From: Thraustochytrium aureum
Lineage: Eukaryota
Direction: 5' to 3'
Assembly (NCBI GenBank): GCA_012862495.1
Contig: BLSG01000206.1
Location: forward strand, 18,978 to 52,369
Length of the DNA stretch: 33,392 nt
Made by a program: the position numbers and the translations under genes. Below are positions 31,434-33,392 of the stretch, piece by piece. Below the pieces are notes generated by a model, which saw only the letters and a program-made list of their open reading frames with translations, was not told the origin of the DNA and searched no databases. Each line of letters opens with the position of its first letter. The first letter of the stretch is position 1.

Positions 31434-33392
31434 TTACAACAGGTACAGGCGGTGCCGGCGCAGGTACTCGTTGCCTTGGGCCACGTGCCAATTGACGCGT
31501 GAACGGACAAACCCAGGCGATAGCCCAATTTGGTCGGCAAGGGCTGCGCACTCCAACTTGGAGACCTTGGCCAAATGCGAGGCCTCCTTGAGGGCCTCCC
31601 TACCCGCAACTGCGCCAGCGGGCGCGCCTGCGGCTTGCGCCCCATTTGTGCCCCCTCGCACGTCGAACGAGGTTGTCATGCAAAACGCGCACTTGCTATC
31701 CTTGTGGGAGCAAGTGCACCGTCCCATTTCAGACACCATCTCACGCTTGCGGCTCCGAGCGGGCCGAGCCGGCGCTATGGCCGCGCTTGCGCCCAGGGGG
31801 CGCCGCAGACCCTTGCGGCCCTCCACCGCTGACTGGGGTCGCAGACCTGGCTTCGACTTGTCCCCTGCTGCCAGATGAACCTGCGCGACAGGCGCGAGGT
31901 GCGGCGTCGTCCCAGCCGCCAAAGGTACGGCAGCCATGACGCCGGACGCGGCCGCGCTGGGGGCAGGGTCGCTGGTTGACGCCTTTTGCGGCTGCAGAGC
32001 GTGCATGGCGCGCTGCAGCTTGTACTCGACCAACTTGTCGCAGATCTCCTCCAGCTTTTCTTTGGCGCCAACCGTGCCTTGCTCGCCCACGCTGGCGCGC
32101 TGCATGCTCGGGTCTGCAGCAGCCGCCGCCCGGGCCGCCACAAGAAATCTGTGCTCGAGCAGCTCTGCAGCGCTTGGGCGCAACGAAGGGTCTTTGGCGA
32201 GGCACCGGTTGACAAAGTCGATCAGGTCTGGCGAGAATCGGTCAGCTGGAAGCGAGGGCATCTGAACGTTGTTGAGCGCGTGGAGAATGCCCCAATAACC
32301 GCCTTGGGTCGATAGCGGAAATCGCCCGAGGGCCATGGCGAGGAGGCTCAGCCCGTAGGACCAAATGTCGCTCGCAAAACTGTACGAGCTCCCATTGATC
32401 CGCTCTGGAGACATGTAGATCATGGTCCCGATGAAGGTGTTGACGTTTGCCTGCTCGTCCGTGACATCTCGCACGATCCCAAAGTCGCTGATCTTGACCT
32501 CGCCCTTGTGGTTGATCAGGAGATTTGACGGCTTGATGTCTCTGTGGATCTGTTTGCGATTGTGAAGAAACAGGAGCCCACGCGCGACGCACTCAGCGAT
32601 GTTGGCTAGCACAGTCTCGCAGTCGCATCCGCCAGAGTCTACAACATCCTGCAGACTGCCGCCATCCATGTACTCCATCACGATCGAGACGTTGCCCTCG
32701 CGCGGGCTGATAAATGCGTCGTGAAAGGTCACAATGTACGGGCAGGCCGGCTCGCCAGCTCTTGCGCCATCCTCGCCAGCGCCCTCCGTAGCAGAGTTGG
32801 CGCGCTTCTCTGCGGCACTCGAGGATCCGGCCGCGGCGGCGTGCGCCGCGATTGGGACGAGGTTGCCGTACAGCGCCTTGAGCTCTTTGATCATTTGGTG
32901 CCGCTTGCTTTGCTCAAAGCACGGGATAGACTTGACCGCGACGAGGCTCATGGTCGGGACGTGGAGCATTTCGTGCACAACCCCGCTGGCTCCCTTGCCA
33001 AGCACGGCGAGCTTGATGAGCCCGTTCTTCGTCATGTCTGTGTTGGGGAGTTTGCCGTACGGCGCTCGCGTGATCCCGGATTCCTGAATTTGAAAGCCCT
33101 GGATGTTGAAGGCACCCGAAGAGGTAAACTCGTACGTCTCCTCCAGCGCATCTGGGGAGCTGATCTCTTGGAGAGCTGAAACGCCGGGGCCAGGCCCGTT
33201 GCCTCCATTTGGCTCCTCCAAGTCCTCACCGTCGGACTCGTATTCTGGATCTATCCTGAGCAGCTCATGCGAGTGAGGACCGTCAACAGAGGCATTCAAA
33301 TGAGAACGGTCAACGGAGAGCGAGAGAGCGTCCCGATTCATCGTCGGCATTTGCTGTGCTGCGGACGCTGTTTTGGTCGGTGGCACGCTGCA
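31434..33392 (-). CDS. MAP kinase kinase (STE7/MAP2K family)
   Basis: LGKGASGVV, VAVK, KELKAL, MEYMDGGSL, HRDIKPSNLL, KISDFG, TFIGTMIYMSPERI and SDIWSYG. The frame is open to the window edge; the first ATG is at 33350, followed by a docking-site-like NRDALSLSV. Confidence 0.95.
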   Translation of the reverse strand, partial: CSVPPTKTASAAQQMPTMNRDALSLSVDRSHLNASVDGPHSHELLRIDPEYESDGEDLEEPNGGNGPGPGVSALQEISSPDALEETYEFTSSGAFNIQGFQIQESGITRAPYGKLPNTDMTKNGLIKLAVLGKGASGVVHEMLHVPTMSLVAVKSIPCFEQSKRHQMIKELKALYGNLVPIAAHAAAAGSSSAAEKRANSATEGAGEDGARAGEPACPYIVTFHDAFISPREGNVSIVMEYMDGGSLQDVVDSGGCDCETVLANIAECVARGLLFLHNRKQIHRDIKPSNLLINHKGEVKISDFGIVRDVTDEQANVNTFIGTMIYMSPERINGSSYSFASDIWSYGLSLLAMALGRFPLSTQGGYWGILHALNNVQMPSLPADRFSPDLIDFVNRCLAKDPSLRPSAAELLEHRFLVAARAAAAADPSMQRASVGEQGTVGAKEKLEEICDKLVEYKLQRAMHALQPQKASTSDPAPSAAASGVMAAVPLAAGTTPHLAPVAQVHLAAGDKSKPGLRPQSAVEGRKGLRRPLGASAAIAPARPARSRKREMVSEMGRCTCSHKDSKCAFCMTTSFDVRGGTNGAQAAGAPAGAVAGREALKEASHLAKVSKLECAALADQIGLSPGFVRSRVNWHVAQGNEYLRRHRLYLL

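Noticed and set aside
31255..31502. ORF-track extension of the EamA gene beyond the gap
   Set aside because: It is an artefact of reading through Ns. The post-gap peptide is hydrophilic, unlike EamA, and overlaps the MAP2K 3' end.
14603..33392. A functional cluster of hydrolase, photolyase, transporters and kinases
   Set aside because: Orientations are mixed and functions unrelated, as expected for an ordinary compact eukaryotic neighbourhood. I recognised no mobile element or RNA gene.

Overview
This is a GC-rich, gene-dense, intron-poor eukaryotic region. A stramenopile protist such as a labyrinthulomycete is my inference from style and gene content, not something the sequence proves. The assembly is draft quality: 8 N-gaps (3548-3765, 4922-5168, 7269-7752, 9129-9582, 16806-16971, 21305-21444, 24046-24255, 30758-31254) and more than a dozen apparent single-base losses that split genes over several ORFs. 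Reconstructed genes: a >1,100-aa protein with at least 7 SAM-like domains and Lys-rich/poly-Ser linkers (-); head-to-head with it, a large divergent myosin (PDZ-like, SH3-like N-domain, degenerate motor, PH, 2 SAM, 2 RanBP2 zinc fingers, SH3-like barrel) (+); a 7-TM GPCR-like gene with a 66-nt intron; an ABHD1/2/3-type hydrolase; a class II CPD photolyase; a NIPA-type transporter with a Cys-rich N-terminal extension; a tail-anchored hypothetical protein; a CAMK-group kinase; an ~8-TM protein with a Glu/Gly/His-rich loop; a Pro/Ser-rich hypothetical protein; an EamA/DMT transporter; and a MAP2K. The best candidate for an undescribed system is the divergently transcribed pair of multi-SAM scaffold and probable pseudo-myosin, whose SAM domains share a distinctive signature. 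All domain calls are by-eye motif recognition; no searches were run.
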